Below are positions 39,312-48,589 of a stretch of 64,000 nt of DNA, piece after piece. Source of the stretch: Gemmatales bacterium (GTDB lineage Bacteria; Planctomycetota; Planctomycetia; Gemmatales; HRBIN36). Both the position numbers and the translations under genes were made by a program. How positions within the stretch are numbered: the first letter of the stretch is position 1; each line of letters opens with the position of its first letter. The notes beneath the pieces were generated by a model that was not told where the DNA came from, did not search any database, and saw only the letters and a program-made list of their open reading frames with translations. The stretch lies in assembly GCA_041640595.1 (NCBI GenBank), contig JBEPZY010000001.1, forward strand, positions 832,001-896,000, read 5' to 3'.

Positions 39312-40290
39312 CCGGTTGGCCGGTCCTTGCAGATTCTCGCAACGCATCGAGTACCTGCATAATTTGAACGGCTTTCTCTGGGGTAGGTTCGGACGAGCGC
39401 TTTTCCAGAACCGCGAGCGAAAAGTTGTCCAGCATGGCTGCGATCTGATTGACGCCGCTAATGGCCACCTCCTGCTGCCGGCCATCTGCACGTTCAATGA
39501 CAAAGGTCGCCGGGTCCGATGGCAACCACATTTCGCGTACCCAGATTCGGCCCTCGGTTCCGACAATTTCCAGCCATTGCCGAAACGGCAACTTGAAACT
39601 GCAATCGAAAATAGCTGCCTTGCCCTGACCAAAATCCAGAACGCCCTGCATTGCCACATCCACCCCGTACATAAACTGAGCCGTGGCGAAGACGCGTTCT
39701 GGCAATCGCCCAAAAACCCACAGGGCACCGTAAACCGGATAACAACCGACGTCCATAGCGCATCCCCCAGCCAGCTCCGGTTGCAGGCGGATGTTGGTCG
39801 GTTCGAGTGGCAGCAGAAACGAAAAAGAACCACGTACCAGCTCAACCTCTCCGATCACGCCGCGATCTATTTCCTCCCGCAACCGACTGGTGCGCGGGTG
39901 ATGCGGCCAGAAAAAGCCGTCCATCAAGGCCACACCTTTTCGTCGGCACACCGCCACCATTTGCCGGGCTTCTTCGGCATTAGAGGCGATTGGCTTCTCG
40001 CACAGCACATGCTTTCCCGCTTCCGCGGCACGCATCGTCCAGGAAGCGTGCAAACTGTTGGGTAGCGGAATGTACACCGCATCAATATCCTTGTCTTCCA
40101 GCAGTGCCTCGTAGCTGGGGTAAAATCGGGGAATGCCATATCGGGCTGCCGCCTGTTCTGCCTTCTCCGAGGAACGACTGGCTATGGCCAGCAGTTCTGC
40201 GTACCTGGCTTGAGCAAAAGCCGGAATGACCCGTTCGTTTATCTTCGCCACTCCCAGAATTCCCCAGCGAATCTTGCGTGCCATGCTCAT
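39298..40290 (-). CDS. Gfo/Idh/MocA-family oxidoreductase
   Basis: IRWGILG, DAVYIPLPN..H, AGKHVLCEKP and GGCAMDVGCY. Confidence 0.92.
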   Translation of the reverse strand: MSMARKIRWGILGVAKINERVIPAFAQARYAELLAIASRSSEKAEQAAARYGIPRFYPSYEALLEDKDIDAVYIPLPNSLHASWTMRAAEAGKHVLCEKPIASNAEEARQMVAVCRRKGVALMDGFFWPHHPRTSRLREEIDRGVIGEVELVRGSFSFLLPLEPTNIRLQPELAGGCAMDVGCYPVYGALWVFGRLPERVFATAQFMYGVDVAMQGVLDFGQGKAAIFDCSFKLPFRQWLEIVGTEGRIWVREMWLPSDPATFVIERADGRQQEVAISGVNQIAAMLDNFSLAVLEKRSSEPTPEKAVQIMQVLDALRESARTGQPVMVR

Positions 40291-40361
40291 CGTCATCCTC
40301 CGCAGGAGCGTGTTTGACTGAACAATACAATACGCTTCAGCATCAGAATGGCGAGTCAGTC

Positions 40362-41573
40362 ATGCCGGAAGACAGCATACGCTTACTGGGACCCTGGGAA
40401 TGGCAACCTCTGGCCCGTACCGCACTGCGAGCCGACGGCCAGGCGGAAACCCTTCCCGGCGAATTACCACTACCACGACGAATCTGGATTCCGATTCGAT
40501 CGGCCGATGCCGAAATTACTCATTTTCGGGGGCGTGTCCTGTACCGCCGTTATTTCCACTGGGTGAGCAAACTGGATTACTGGGAGCGGATATGGATTTA
40601 TTTCGAGTCGGCGGATTATTTCGCGCGCGTTCGGCTCAACGATGTGCTGCTGGGGGAGCATGAAGGCGCCCTGGATCCGTTCACGTTTCCCATCACAGCG
40701 TTATTGCAAAAACGCAACTGTCTGGAAGTCGAACTCGAGGTACCGGACACCCCCATCGCGCTTCAGCATGCCAAATGGATGCTCCGTGAGACCCCGGCTT
40801 GTATGAACGGCCCGGCTATTCTTGGCGAAGTAAGGCTGGAGGTATTCCATCCGGTTCGTTTTGGGGAAGTTTCGGTGTGGACAGAATGGTCACCCGCACG
40901 GGCTCTGCTGCACGTACAAGGCCAAATCCTTGCCGAGGCTGCAAGCGACTGTGAGCTGTACGTCGTTTACGACAATCACACGTTGCATTATCAGCGATTG
41001 ACCGTGAATGCCGGTCAGACTCCTTTTTCCATCGAGGTGCCCTGCCCGCGAATTTACGTGTGGGACATTCAGGAAGGCCAACCGGCCGCGCGACATTATG
41101 TGCAACTGGAACTGGCTGACCGTTCCGTTCTCCTGGACGCTCGCTGTTGTTACGTAGGCTTTCGCTCTTGCAGTTGGGAAGAAACTCGGCAGGCTATCCG
41201 CCTCAATAAGCATCTGTTGCCGGTGGGCACTGCCCTGCCGATCGTGGATATTCAGACCCCGGTTGCTGAAGGGAAACCATTTGAGTCGGCCGACGAAATT
41301 GGGCAGCCCGTTTTGTGCCGTTTGCCATTGCGCGGCGGATATGCTACCGAGCACGCGTTCATCCAACGGGCCCAGCAGCAGGTGTGCCGACTGGTGCAGT
41401 TGCTACAACATCATCCGTCTATTCTGGGCTGGGTGGTGCATACCGAGCCACAATTGCACGATGCCCCGCTGGACACCGCGTTGGCGGGAGCTATCCGCCA
41501 GCTTGACCCGAAACGGCCTATCTTTATCCAGCTGAACGCGGAGTCACCAGAGCTCATCCACGTAGGAGCGTGA
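40362..41573 (+). CDS. Glycoside hydrolase family 2-like protein (sugar-binding + Ig domains, shortened barrel)
   Basis: FESADYFARVRLN..LLGEHEG..DPF, VGFRS and L..HPSILGW..HTEP. Only about 400 aa. Confidence 0.7.
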   Translation: MPEDSIRLLGPWEWQPLARTALRADGQAETLPGELPLPRRIWIPIRSADAEITHFRGRVLYRRYFHWVSKLDYWERIWIYFESADYFARVRLNDVLLGEHEGALDPFTFPITALLQKRNCLEVELEVPDTPIALQHAKWMLRETPACMNGPAILGEVRLEVFHPVRFGEVSVWTEWSPARALLHVQGQILAEAASDCELYVVYDNHTLHYQRLTVNAGQTPFSIEVPCPRIYVWDIQEGQPAARHYVQLELADRSVLLDARCCYVGFRSCSWEETRQAIRLNKHLLPVGTALPIVDIQTPVAEGKPFESADEIGQPVLCRLPLRGGYATEHAFIQRAQQQVCRLVQLLQHHPSILGWVVHTEPQLHDAPLDTALAGAIRQLDPKRPIFIQLNAESPELIHVGA

Positions 41574-41668
41574 ACCGATCACGTGCAGGTCATTTTGCCG
41601 CCCGTGTCCAAAAGGCCTGACATGCTGGCTGGCGCCTCAGTGAAGTTCGCGCTCGGAACTCGGCTGAG

Positions 41669-43042
41669 CTAGAGCGTTTTCAGGTACTCGATAATGGCAA
41701 AGCGCTCGGCATCGGTCAGCTGGTCGCCGTAAGTGTGCCCGGTGTTGCTGCGACCGGGCTGGGACGTGTCGTAAACTTTGCGGCGTTCCAGAGCAGGAAC
41801 TTCAGGCCCAGGTGCACGGTCCAGCTCACGAAATTTCCAGCCCAATCGAACCGGATCGTAATCCTCGACATTCGTGCGAAAACTGCGTGTGAAGATTTTT
41901 GGCCGGGCCTTGCTGTTCAAAACGTGGTACACTGTTGGCACCGAACCATTGTGAAAATACGGCGCAGTGGCCCAGACACCATCCAGAGGCGGAGCCTGGT
42001 ATCCAATCTCGTCGCGGAGAATCATGGGTTGACCCGATGCGTCGCGCTCCCGGCCAAACCAGCTACGAACGTAGTGGCGTTTGGCGGCGTCGGGGATGCC
42101 TTTTGCACGCAAGGGATCCGTGCCGATTTCCTCTAAAGGAATCACCCGGTTTGGGTACACGCCTCGCGGCCCATAAGTTCCGTGACAGCGTGCGCAGTGC
42201 TTCTCGAAAAGGGCTTGCCCCTTGGCTGCCAACGCACGATCAATCTCAAAAGGATACCTGGGTGGCTCCAGGCTGAGGATAAAGGCCTGAATATCCGCGA
42301 AGGTGCTTTCGAGTGATTGGATATATTCCGGCCCGTTGAGTGGGTTGAGTACGAACTGCATCAAAGACCGGACGGAGCGCGCGTCGGTGCTGCCGGTGTG
42401 GTACATGGTTTTCTTCTTTTTCAGCAGCCACCAGGCAGGCGCATCTTCGCACATGCTCGGCGTGATGGGAAAATCCTGAGGCGGGACAATCCGCAATTCC
42501 TCATCGCGGAAACGGAGCAGATACACGGCCATGCTGGCTCCTTCTGTAGTGCCACGCACCTGCGTAAACGGAAAGGGTACGATACGCCGAATTCCCTCGG
42601 CCGCGAAGAGTTCCTCGTAAAGGGCCTGCATGTCCAGCGAAGCATTCCCCAGGCCGATGATGCTTTGCCCGAACAGCGAACTGGCATGACACAGCAAACA
42701 ATCGTTGGTAATCCCACGCCCCAGTAACCCGCGAGTGTAGCGCAAGCCCATGGGCAAGCCATCGTTCGGATAAGGAGCGGGATGCAGACCGTATCGTTCG
42801 CGGAACAGCGCCTCGAAATTGGCTGGTTTTTCTTTCAGACCCCAGATTTTCCACACGTTTTGGTAAGCCTGCTCGGACCAGGCAACCGGCAAATAAGCTC
42901 GCTCCAGTAGCGCTGCTCGGCCACGCTGGGGATCACCTCGTCGTTCGTCGCCAGCCAAGACGCTGGCTTCATAAACCAGCCCCCCCGCTACACACACAGC
43001 AGCATTTACGGCAATTATCCATCGTTTACCGACCATCTCCAT
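41669..43042 (-). CDS. Di-heme c-type cytochrome, RoxA (rubber oxygenase)-like
   Basis: CLLCH and [37 protein letters not shown] and SNTGH. N-terminal signal-like segment. Confidence 0.82.
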   Translation of the reverse strand: MEMVGKRWIIAVNAAVCVAGGLVYEASVLAGDERRGDPQRGRAALLERAYLPVAWSEQAYQNVWKIWGLKEKPANFEALFRERYGLHPAPYPNDGLPMGLRYTRGLLGRGITNDCLLCHASSLFGQSIIGLGNASLDMQALYEELFAAEGIRRIVPFPFTQVRGTTEGASMAVYLLRFRDEELRIVPPQDFPITPSMCEDAPAWWLLKKKKTMYHTGSTDARSVRSLMQFVLNPLNGPEYIQSLESTFADIQAFILSLEPPRYPFEIDRALAAKGQALFEKHCARCHGTYGPRGVYPNRVIPLEEIGTDPLRAKGIPDAAKRHYVRSWFGRERDASGQPMILRDEIGYQAPPLDGVWATAPYFHNGSVPTVYHVLNSKARPKIFTRSFRTNVEDYDPVRLGWKFRELDRAPGPEVPALERRKVYDTSQPGRSNTGHTYGDQLTDAERFAIIEYLKTL

Positions 43043-43201
43043 CGCTGCTTACCCTCTGCCATTGCCCAGAACCGGACTCGTTGCCCACAGCAGTCGTTTA
43101 TTTTACCGACTGCCAGGTACGGGGCGATTCTATGTGCAAATTCGCGGCAGGTTGCAATAATAATCAAAATGACTCAGGAACCGGAAAAGTGCGGTTGCTC
43201 C

Positions 43202-44758
43202 ATGCATGCTCCCGACCTGGCCACTTTCAGTGAACTGGCGCGGCAGTACACGCTGGTACCGGTGTATCGCCAGCTTCTGGGTGATACTCTCACGCCAGTT
43301 ACGGCATTCCAACGGCTTGGAAAAAGCGCCTGGTCGTTCCTGTTTGAAAGCGTAGTGGGTGGCGAGCGCGTGGGGAGGTACAGTTTTGTTGGCGGTGAAC
43401 CATTCCTGCATTTTCAAGCCTGGGACCGCCGCGTTCGCATCGAAACAGCGGGCACCGTCTGCGAACAAGAGCATCCCGACCCCCTGCGTTTGCTGGAAGA
43501 ATACGTACACCGCTACCGGGCACCGCACCTGCCTGGATTGCCCCGCTTCTGTGGCGGTGCGGTAGGATATGCGGCCTACGATGCGGTGCGTTATACGGAA
43601 CGTCTGCCCCATCCGCCTGCTGACGATCGCGGTCTGCCGGATCTTTGCTTCGCCTTCTACGACCGCATGGTCATCTTCGACCACATTAACAAAACCCTGG
43701 CCGTGGTGGCATTAGCTCATGTGGACCGCCAGCGACTCCAGGAGTGTTACCGTGACGCCTGCCGGCGAGTGGACGAATTAGTGGAGCAACTGCGCAGGCG
43801 CACCGAGGAGCCACCCCTGGCAGACATTCAGCTGAACGACGTTGCACACGCAGGTGTCGCGGTGGGGGCGAACCTTACGCCGCTGGCAATCCTGGAAAAA
43901 TCGGGGCGGCGTATCGAGTCCAATTTCACACGCGACCAATTCTGCGCTGCCGTTCGTCGCTGCCAGGAGTACATCCGTGCCGGCGATGTGTTTCAGGTGG
44001 TGATCAGCCAACGCTTGCAAACTCAGACGCAGGCAGATCCATTCGACCTGTATCGCATCCTGCGGGTGGTCAACCCCAGTCCGTTTATGTTCTATCTGCG
44101 ATGCGGTGAACTGACGCTCGTAGGAAGCAGCCCCGAGATCATGGTGCGCGTGGAGGGGGACAAAATTACCATTCGCCCCCTGGCTGGTACACGCCGACGT
44201 GGTCGCACGGAAGAAGAGGATAAACGCCTGGCCGAAGAATTACTCGCCGATCCCAAAGAGCGAGCTGAGCACATCATGCTCGTGGATTTGGGCCGCAACG
44301 ATGTGGGACGCGTAGCCATTCCCGGCACGGTGGAATTGAGTGACTTGATGGTGGTAGAGCGTTACAGCCATGTGATGCATATCACCTCGAACGTGAGCGG
44401 GCGATTGCAGCCGGGCAAAACTGCCTTCGATGCGTTGCGAGCGTGCTTGCCTGCCGGAACGGTCAGCGGTGCCCCGAAAGTGCGTGCGATGGAGATCATT
44501 GACGAACTCGAGCCGCATCGTCGCGGACCCTACGCCGGAGCAGTCGGTTACATAGATTTCAGCGGTAATATGGACACGTGCATTGCCCTGCGCACCATGG
44601 TCATCCTCGGTCAAACCGTATATATCCAGGCTGGGGCTGGCATTGTGTATGACAGCGTCCCCGAGCGTGAGTATGAGGAGACACTCAATAAGGCTCTGGC
44701 ATTGCTCCGCACCATTGAGCTGGCTGAGCGGCAGTTGTCGCGGCAGCAAGTGAGGTAG
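43202..44758 (+). CDS. trpE: Anthranilate synthase component I
   Basis: [43 protein letters not shown] and [11 protein letters not shown]. Start may be 43169. Confidence 0.95.
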   Translation: MHAPDLATFSELARQYTLVPVYRQLLGDTLTPVTAFQRLGKSAWSFLFESVVGGERVGRYSFVGGEPFLHFQAWDRRVRIETAGTVCEQEHPDPLRLLEEYVHRYRAPHLPGLPRFCGGAVGYAAYDAVRYTERLPHPPADDRGLPDLCFAFYDRMVIFDHINKTLAVVALAHVDRQRLQECYRDACRRVDELVEQLRRRTEEPPLADIQLNDVAHAGVAVGANLTPLAILEKSGRRIESNFTRDQFCAAVRRCQEYIRAGDVFQVVISQRLQTQTQADPFDLYRILRVVNPSPFMFYLRCGELTLVGSSPEIMVRVEGDKITIRPLAGTRRRGRTEEEDKRLAEELLADPKERAEHIMLVDLGRNDVGRVAIPGTVELSDLMVVERYSHVMHITSNVSGRLQPGKTAFDALRACLPAGTVSGAPKVRAMEIIDELEPHRRGPYAGAVGYIDFSGNMDTCIALRTMVILGQTVYIQAGAGIVYDSVPEREYEETLNKALALLRTIELAERQLSRQQVR

Positions 44759-44763
44759 CCTTT

Positions 44764-46188
44764 ATGCAGTCGGGCACAGTTTGGTGGTGGTCGGGGCTGG
44801 TGTGTACGCTGCTGGTGCGCCTCGCGTGGCTGGCAACGTTACAAATACCGCAACCTCTGGACAAGCTCGGCCATTCTCTGTTCCACCAGACTCTATCCGC
44901 TTCCGCTGATGGCCAGCCAACCACTGACGAAACCCTGCCAACCAATAGTGCCCCAGGCGAACAGCAGCTAGCCTCACTGCCGTTGGGGAGCCGCTATGTG
45001 ATTTATCCGGTGGTGCGGAACATTTGTGCCAGCGGCAAGGAACTGGGAGTGCCGTGGTACTGGGTGCTGGGCGGACTCCAGGCGTTATTCCAAAGCGCTG
45101 CGATCGGGGGATTGGCCGTGGTAACCTGGCGAGTTTTTGGCAATCGGCTTCTCGTCACGCTGACGGTGCTGGTCGCGGCCATGTATCCGCCTGGTTTATT
45201 GCATCTGGTTTCGCTGAGCGACCTGCCGCTGACGAGCTGCCTGGTAACCAACTGGCTGGCCCTGACGCTGATCAGTGCTGCAACAGGCGGGGTGTTGGCC
45301 TCTGCACTGGTCGGACTCCTTGGAGGGTGCCTGATGGTCATGCGGCCGGGTTGGGGTCTAGCGGTCGTGCTGGTTACTGTTTGGCACCTGTGGCAGCTGC
45401 GACGAGTCCGGTACGGCTGGCTGGCCAGTCTGGTGGTCGTACTTGCGCTGGCCAATGTTTGCGGCACGTGGTTTGTCCGGCACTGGCTGCAAACCGGCGA
45501 ACCAGTCCCGTTCGCTACCGGCCTCTGGCAATCCGTCGCCGATGGCTTTCCGCACAACCTGAGAAGCAGCGAGGACAAAACAGTCCAGGACTGGCGTGAA
45601 CTGGCGCACCGGACGCTACGCATCTGGCGACAGCATCCCCGTTCGTGGCTGCAATACCGGCTCATGGTGTGGGGCGCTGTTCTGGTCGGAGAGCCTGCCT
45701 ACGATTTTGGCTGGCCAGCCACAGGGTCTTCCGCGGTTGCTCCCGACCCTCGCCTTGTTCAAAGCAGTGAGCAAACGCCCGAACTGTTCCCGCACCGAAT
45801 ACCGACGCCCCGCCCGTCCGAGGTGCCGATTAGCGAAATCCCGATCCCAGCGTGGATACGACCGGCTTTCGTGAGCGGTCTATTGCCCGCCACGCGCTGG
45901 CTGTTCTGGCTGGGCGTCCTTTTGGGGTGGCGGTGGTCCTTTGCACATCCCGAGAGACAGTGGCCGCTGAGTGCCATTCTGGGCTCGGTGTTGCTTGTTT
46001 ATGGCCTTGGCCCGTTTGCATCGCTTCACTGGGGCCTGGCTGCGGTCGAACCGATATTGCTGCTCTACGCTCTCGTCGCATTCACCGCTTTCATTCCAGG
46101 GGCCTGGCCCAAGACCGTTGCCAGCAGTTCGTCCGACATGGATAACGGTGATGAATCGCCGACAGGCTCGCCCGCAGAGCAAAGTTAG
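44764..46188 (+). CDS. Multi-TM membrane protein, GT39/ArnT-like glycosyltransferase fold
   Basis: Many TM helices. LQALF, AAMYP, GC..VMRP and W.VRH...G segments resemble the PMT_2 family. Starts 5 bp after the trpE stop. Confidence 0.55.
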   Translation: MQSGTVWWWSGLVCTLLVRLAWLATLQIPQPLDKLGHSLFHQTLSASADGQPTTDETLPTNSAPGEQQLASLPLGSRYVIYPVVRNICASGKELGVPWYWVLGGLQALFQSAAIGGLAVVTWRVFGNRLLVTLTVLVAAMYPPGLLHLVSLSDLPLTSCLVTNWLALTLISAATGGVLASALVGLLGGCLMVMRPGWGLAVVLVTVWHLWQLRRVRYGWLASLVVVLALANVCGTWFVRHWLQTGEPVPFATGLWQSVADGFPHNLRSSEDKTVQDWRELAHRTLRIWRQHPRSWLQYRLMVWGAVLVGEPAYDFGWPATGSSAVAPDPRLVQSSEQTPELFPHRIPTPRPSEVPISEIPIPAWIRPAFVSGLLPATRWLFWLGVLLGWRWSFAHPERQWPLSAILGSVLLVYGLGPFASLHWGLAAVEPILLLYALVAFTAFIPGAWPKTVASSSSDMDNGDESPTGSPAEQS

Positions 46189-46350
46189 CGTGGTCGCACT
46201 GTTCAAAAATCGATACACGATAACGGGTGGCTACCGTTGCGTAAATCGCGGAAAGCCTCACGCCTACGGGCTCAACCATTTCCATGTTTGTGCAAAAACC
46301 AACGGCATTCACGAGCACACGCCCAATTCCTTGCGAGACTACCGAAACGC

Positions 46351-47256
46351 TCAGGGTTCCTGGCCGGGCATTACGAAGTAGAAGTCGCTGTCACCATCAC
46401 TGAGTCGGCGTAGCTGCATGGTACGAAGAATTTTTGCCATCTCCCGCACGTAGTATGCCTGTACGGCCCGTTGTGGATCGCTGGATTCGGCCAGGCTAAG
46501 CCACAACGCACGGTGTCGGTAAGCCTGTGAGCGTGCCTGGGCAATCTTCTCCCGCTGCTGATTCTGAGCCTGAGTGATGACCAGATTGGCCTCCTGCAAG
46601 GCCCGCGAACGAGCTAACTCCGCTTCCATGTGAGTCGTTTCCTGCAACCGTGCCGCCTGCGACATCGCTACTGTCGTGGCCTGGAAATCCTCAGCGACTT
46701 CTTCCGGTGGTTGTGGCGTGGCCAGCGTTACTGCCTCGATCACCACGCCCAGGCGATAGGATTTTAGATACTGCGAAACGCGCTGATGAATTTCCGGTTC
46801 CAGATGGCGGGCACGGTTAAGCAGAATTTCCTGGATCGGTTGCCGGGCAAACACATGGGCAAGTGCTGCTTCTCCGGCCCGGCTAATCAGAGGCACCAGG
46901 CGATCCTGATGCAACACATAATCGGGAACACGGTCCGGGTCGGGGCGGAAGAATATCGTAGCCTGGACGTTAACCAGATTATCGTCTCCGGTAAGTAACT
47001 GGCCGGGTGGAGCCACTTCCAGCACACGCTCCTCTCCAGCTTCAAAGCCGACACGGATTTGCTGTTGTTGCAGCGGTACGAAAGTAACCCGATCGAATCC
47101 CCAGGGTAAACCAAAATGCAAGCCGGGGCCGCAAACCCGGTACACTTTCCCGAACCGCTGAACCAGCGCCAGCTCGCCAGCGTTCACCTGGAAAATTCCC
47201 GTGGCCAGATACGCTAGCCCTGCCAGTGTTATGCATCCCAGTGCCAGACGCTGCAT
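46351..47256 (-). CDS. HflK-like SPFH/band-7 protein
   Basis: N-terminal TM, LVQRFG, PGLHFGLPWG, LLTGDDNLVNV, PPEEVAEDF and an Ala/Gln coiled coil. Confidence 0.85.
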   Translation of the reverse strand: MQRLALGCITLAGLAYLATGIFQVNAGELALVQRFGKVYRVCGPGLHFGLPWGFDRVTFVPLQQQQIRVGFEAGEERVLEVAPPGQLLTGDDNLVNVQATIFFRPDPDRVPDYVLHQDRLVPLISRAGEAALAHVFARQPIQEILLNRARHLEPEIHQRVSQYLKSYRLGVVIEAVTLATPQPPEEVAEDFQATTVAMSQAARLQETTHMEAELARSRALQEANLVITQAQNQQREKIAQARSQAYRHRALWLSLAESSDPQRAVQAYYVREMAKILRTMQLRRLSDGDSDFYFVMPGQEP

Positions 47257-47335
47257 GTTTCCCAGCTCCTTGTTGCCAAGGCGTTTTTATTGCTCGCCAG
47301 TTGCGGTTGAGCAGTAGCCCGCTGTGCCATTGTGG

Positions 47336-48445
47336 CTAGCGATTTGGGCTGCTGTTGTTCGGCTTGACCACCGACCGGTGTTCTTTATCGCTGGCCAGGT
47401 TCGGCAAGTCACGTAGCCACTTCAACAACGGGTGATCCAGCGACAGAATCATCTGCGTGCGACCATCGCCGAGCCATTCGCGGTAAAAGTCGAGGTACAG
47501 GAGCAACTCGTAGGCTAGCGGTGCTTCACGATAAACAGCGTTGAGAATACGGTTGGCTTCGCTCTGGGCCTCGCTTTCCAGAGCGCGCTTCCGGGTCTCG
47601 GCCTCGGTGCGAATCTTGCTGACCTCCTTGAGACTGGCGGCGCGAATTTCCTGAGCCTTTTCCTCACCCTGATTGCGAAAGCGCTGAGCCAGGCGTCGCT
47701 GCTGTTCGGCAATCTGCTCAAAAATCTGCTTCCGCACTTGCACCGGGTGATTGAAACGCCGTAGCTGCGCGTCCACGATTTCGATCCCATGCTGCAATGC
47801 CCGTTGCCTCAGGCTAAGCTTTTCCGGATCACCCGGCTCGCGTTCGTAAGGCCTGTCGAGCAAGTTACGCAGCATTTCTGCGACGGTACGCTGACGGGGG
47901 TCGGTGTTGACAAGGTCGCTATAGCTCAATTCGGCCATTTCCACCTTAAGCCGGCTGATTAGCTGATTGCGAAGCCAGGCCTGGGCCCGGTCGAGTGTTC
48001 CGAAACTGCGGAGAAATGCGTTGACGGGATCGCGCCGGTAACTTTCCACGGCATCGGTATCCCGCGAGGCGATTCGCCATACCAGGTACACATCGAAGGT
48101 CAGCCGTAACGGCGTTTCCCGCTGGACCTCGGGAACACGGTCATCAGCCGAGACGAACTGTGTATCACCGGGGCTGGACATGCCGGTGTGGCCACCGGTA
48201 CGAATGAGCAATTCTTGCGTGGGAATATCGAGCACCTGAATGCGGCGATCCATGCGCAGGATGCTCTCAATCGGCCAGGGCCATTTCCAGTGCAGTCCGG
48301 CTTCTACCTCGCCGTCGAACGTCGCGCGGTGCTCGCCGAAGCGGGTAACATACACCACCTCTCCCAGGTCCACAAAAATAATCGCACTGTAAACACACCA
48401 GGCAGCCACGCCCAGAATGAGCAATCCCCACAAGAAGCGACGCAT
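47336..48445 (-). CDS. HflC-like SPFH/band-7 protein
   Basis: N-terminal TM, VTRFG, AGLHWKWPWP, GIEIVD, RLAQRFRNQGEEKA.EIRA and A..ILN.VY. AGGAG RBS. Confidence 0.85.
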   Translation of the reverse strand: MRRFLWGLLILGVAAWCVYSAIIFVDLGEVVYVTRFGEHRATFDGEVEAGLHWKWPWPIESILRMDRRIQVLDIPTQELLIRTGGHTGMSSPGDTQFVSADDRVPEVQRETPLRLTFDVYLVWRIASRDTDAVESYRRDPVNAFLRSFGTLDRAQAWLRNQLISRLKVEMAELSYSDLVNTDPRQRTVAEMLRNLLDRPYEREPGDPEKLSLRQRALQHGIEIVDAQLRRFNHPVQVRKQIFEQIAEQQRRLAQRFRNQGEEKAQEIRAASLKEVSKIRTEAETRKRALESEAQSEANRILNAVYREAPLAYELLLYLDFYREWLGDGRTQMILSLDHPLLKWLRDLPNLASDKEHRSVVKPNNSSPNR

Positions 48446-48589
48446 CGCTAGCACTCCTGGCTAATCGGACAAATAGTTGTCAGATTCGAGCCGAGGCACG
48501 ATTGTCCCGTGCCTTTATCACTCCGCCTCGCAGCGACAGCGAAGAAAAATGTTCCGCCGACGGAAAACGAGGCGGTTGCATTCGTGGCA

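Noticed and set aside
38811..39845. 344-aa minus-strand ORF and 260-aa plus-strand ORF 39283..40065
   Set aside because: Both overlap the well-supported Gfo/Idh/MocA and BON genes in other frames and have unprotein-like composition.
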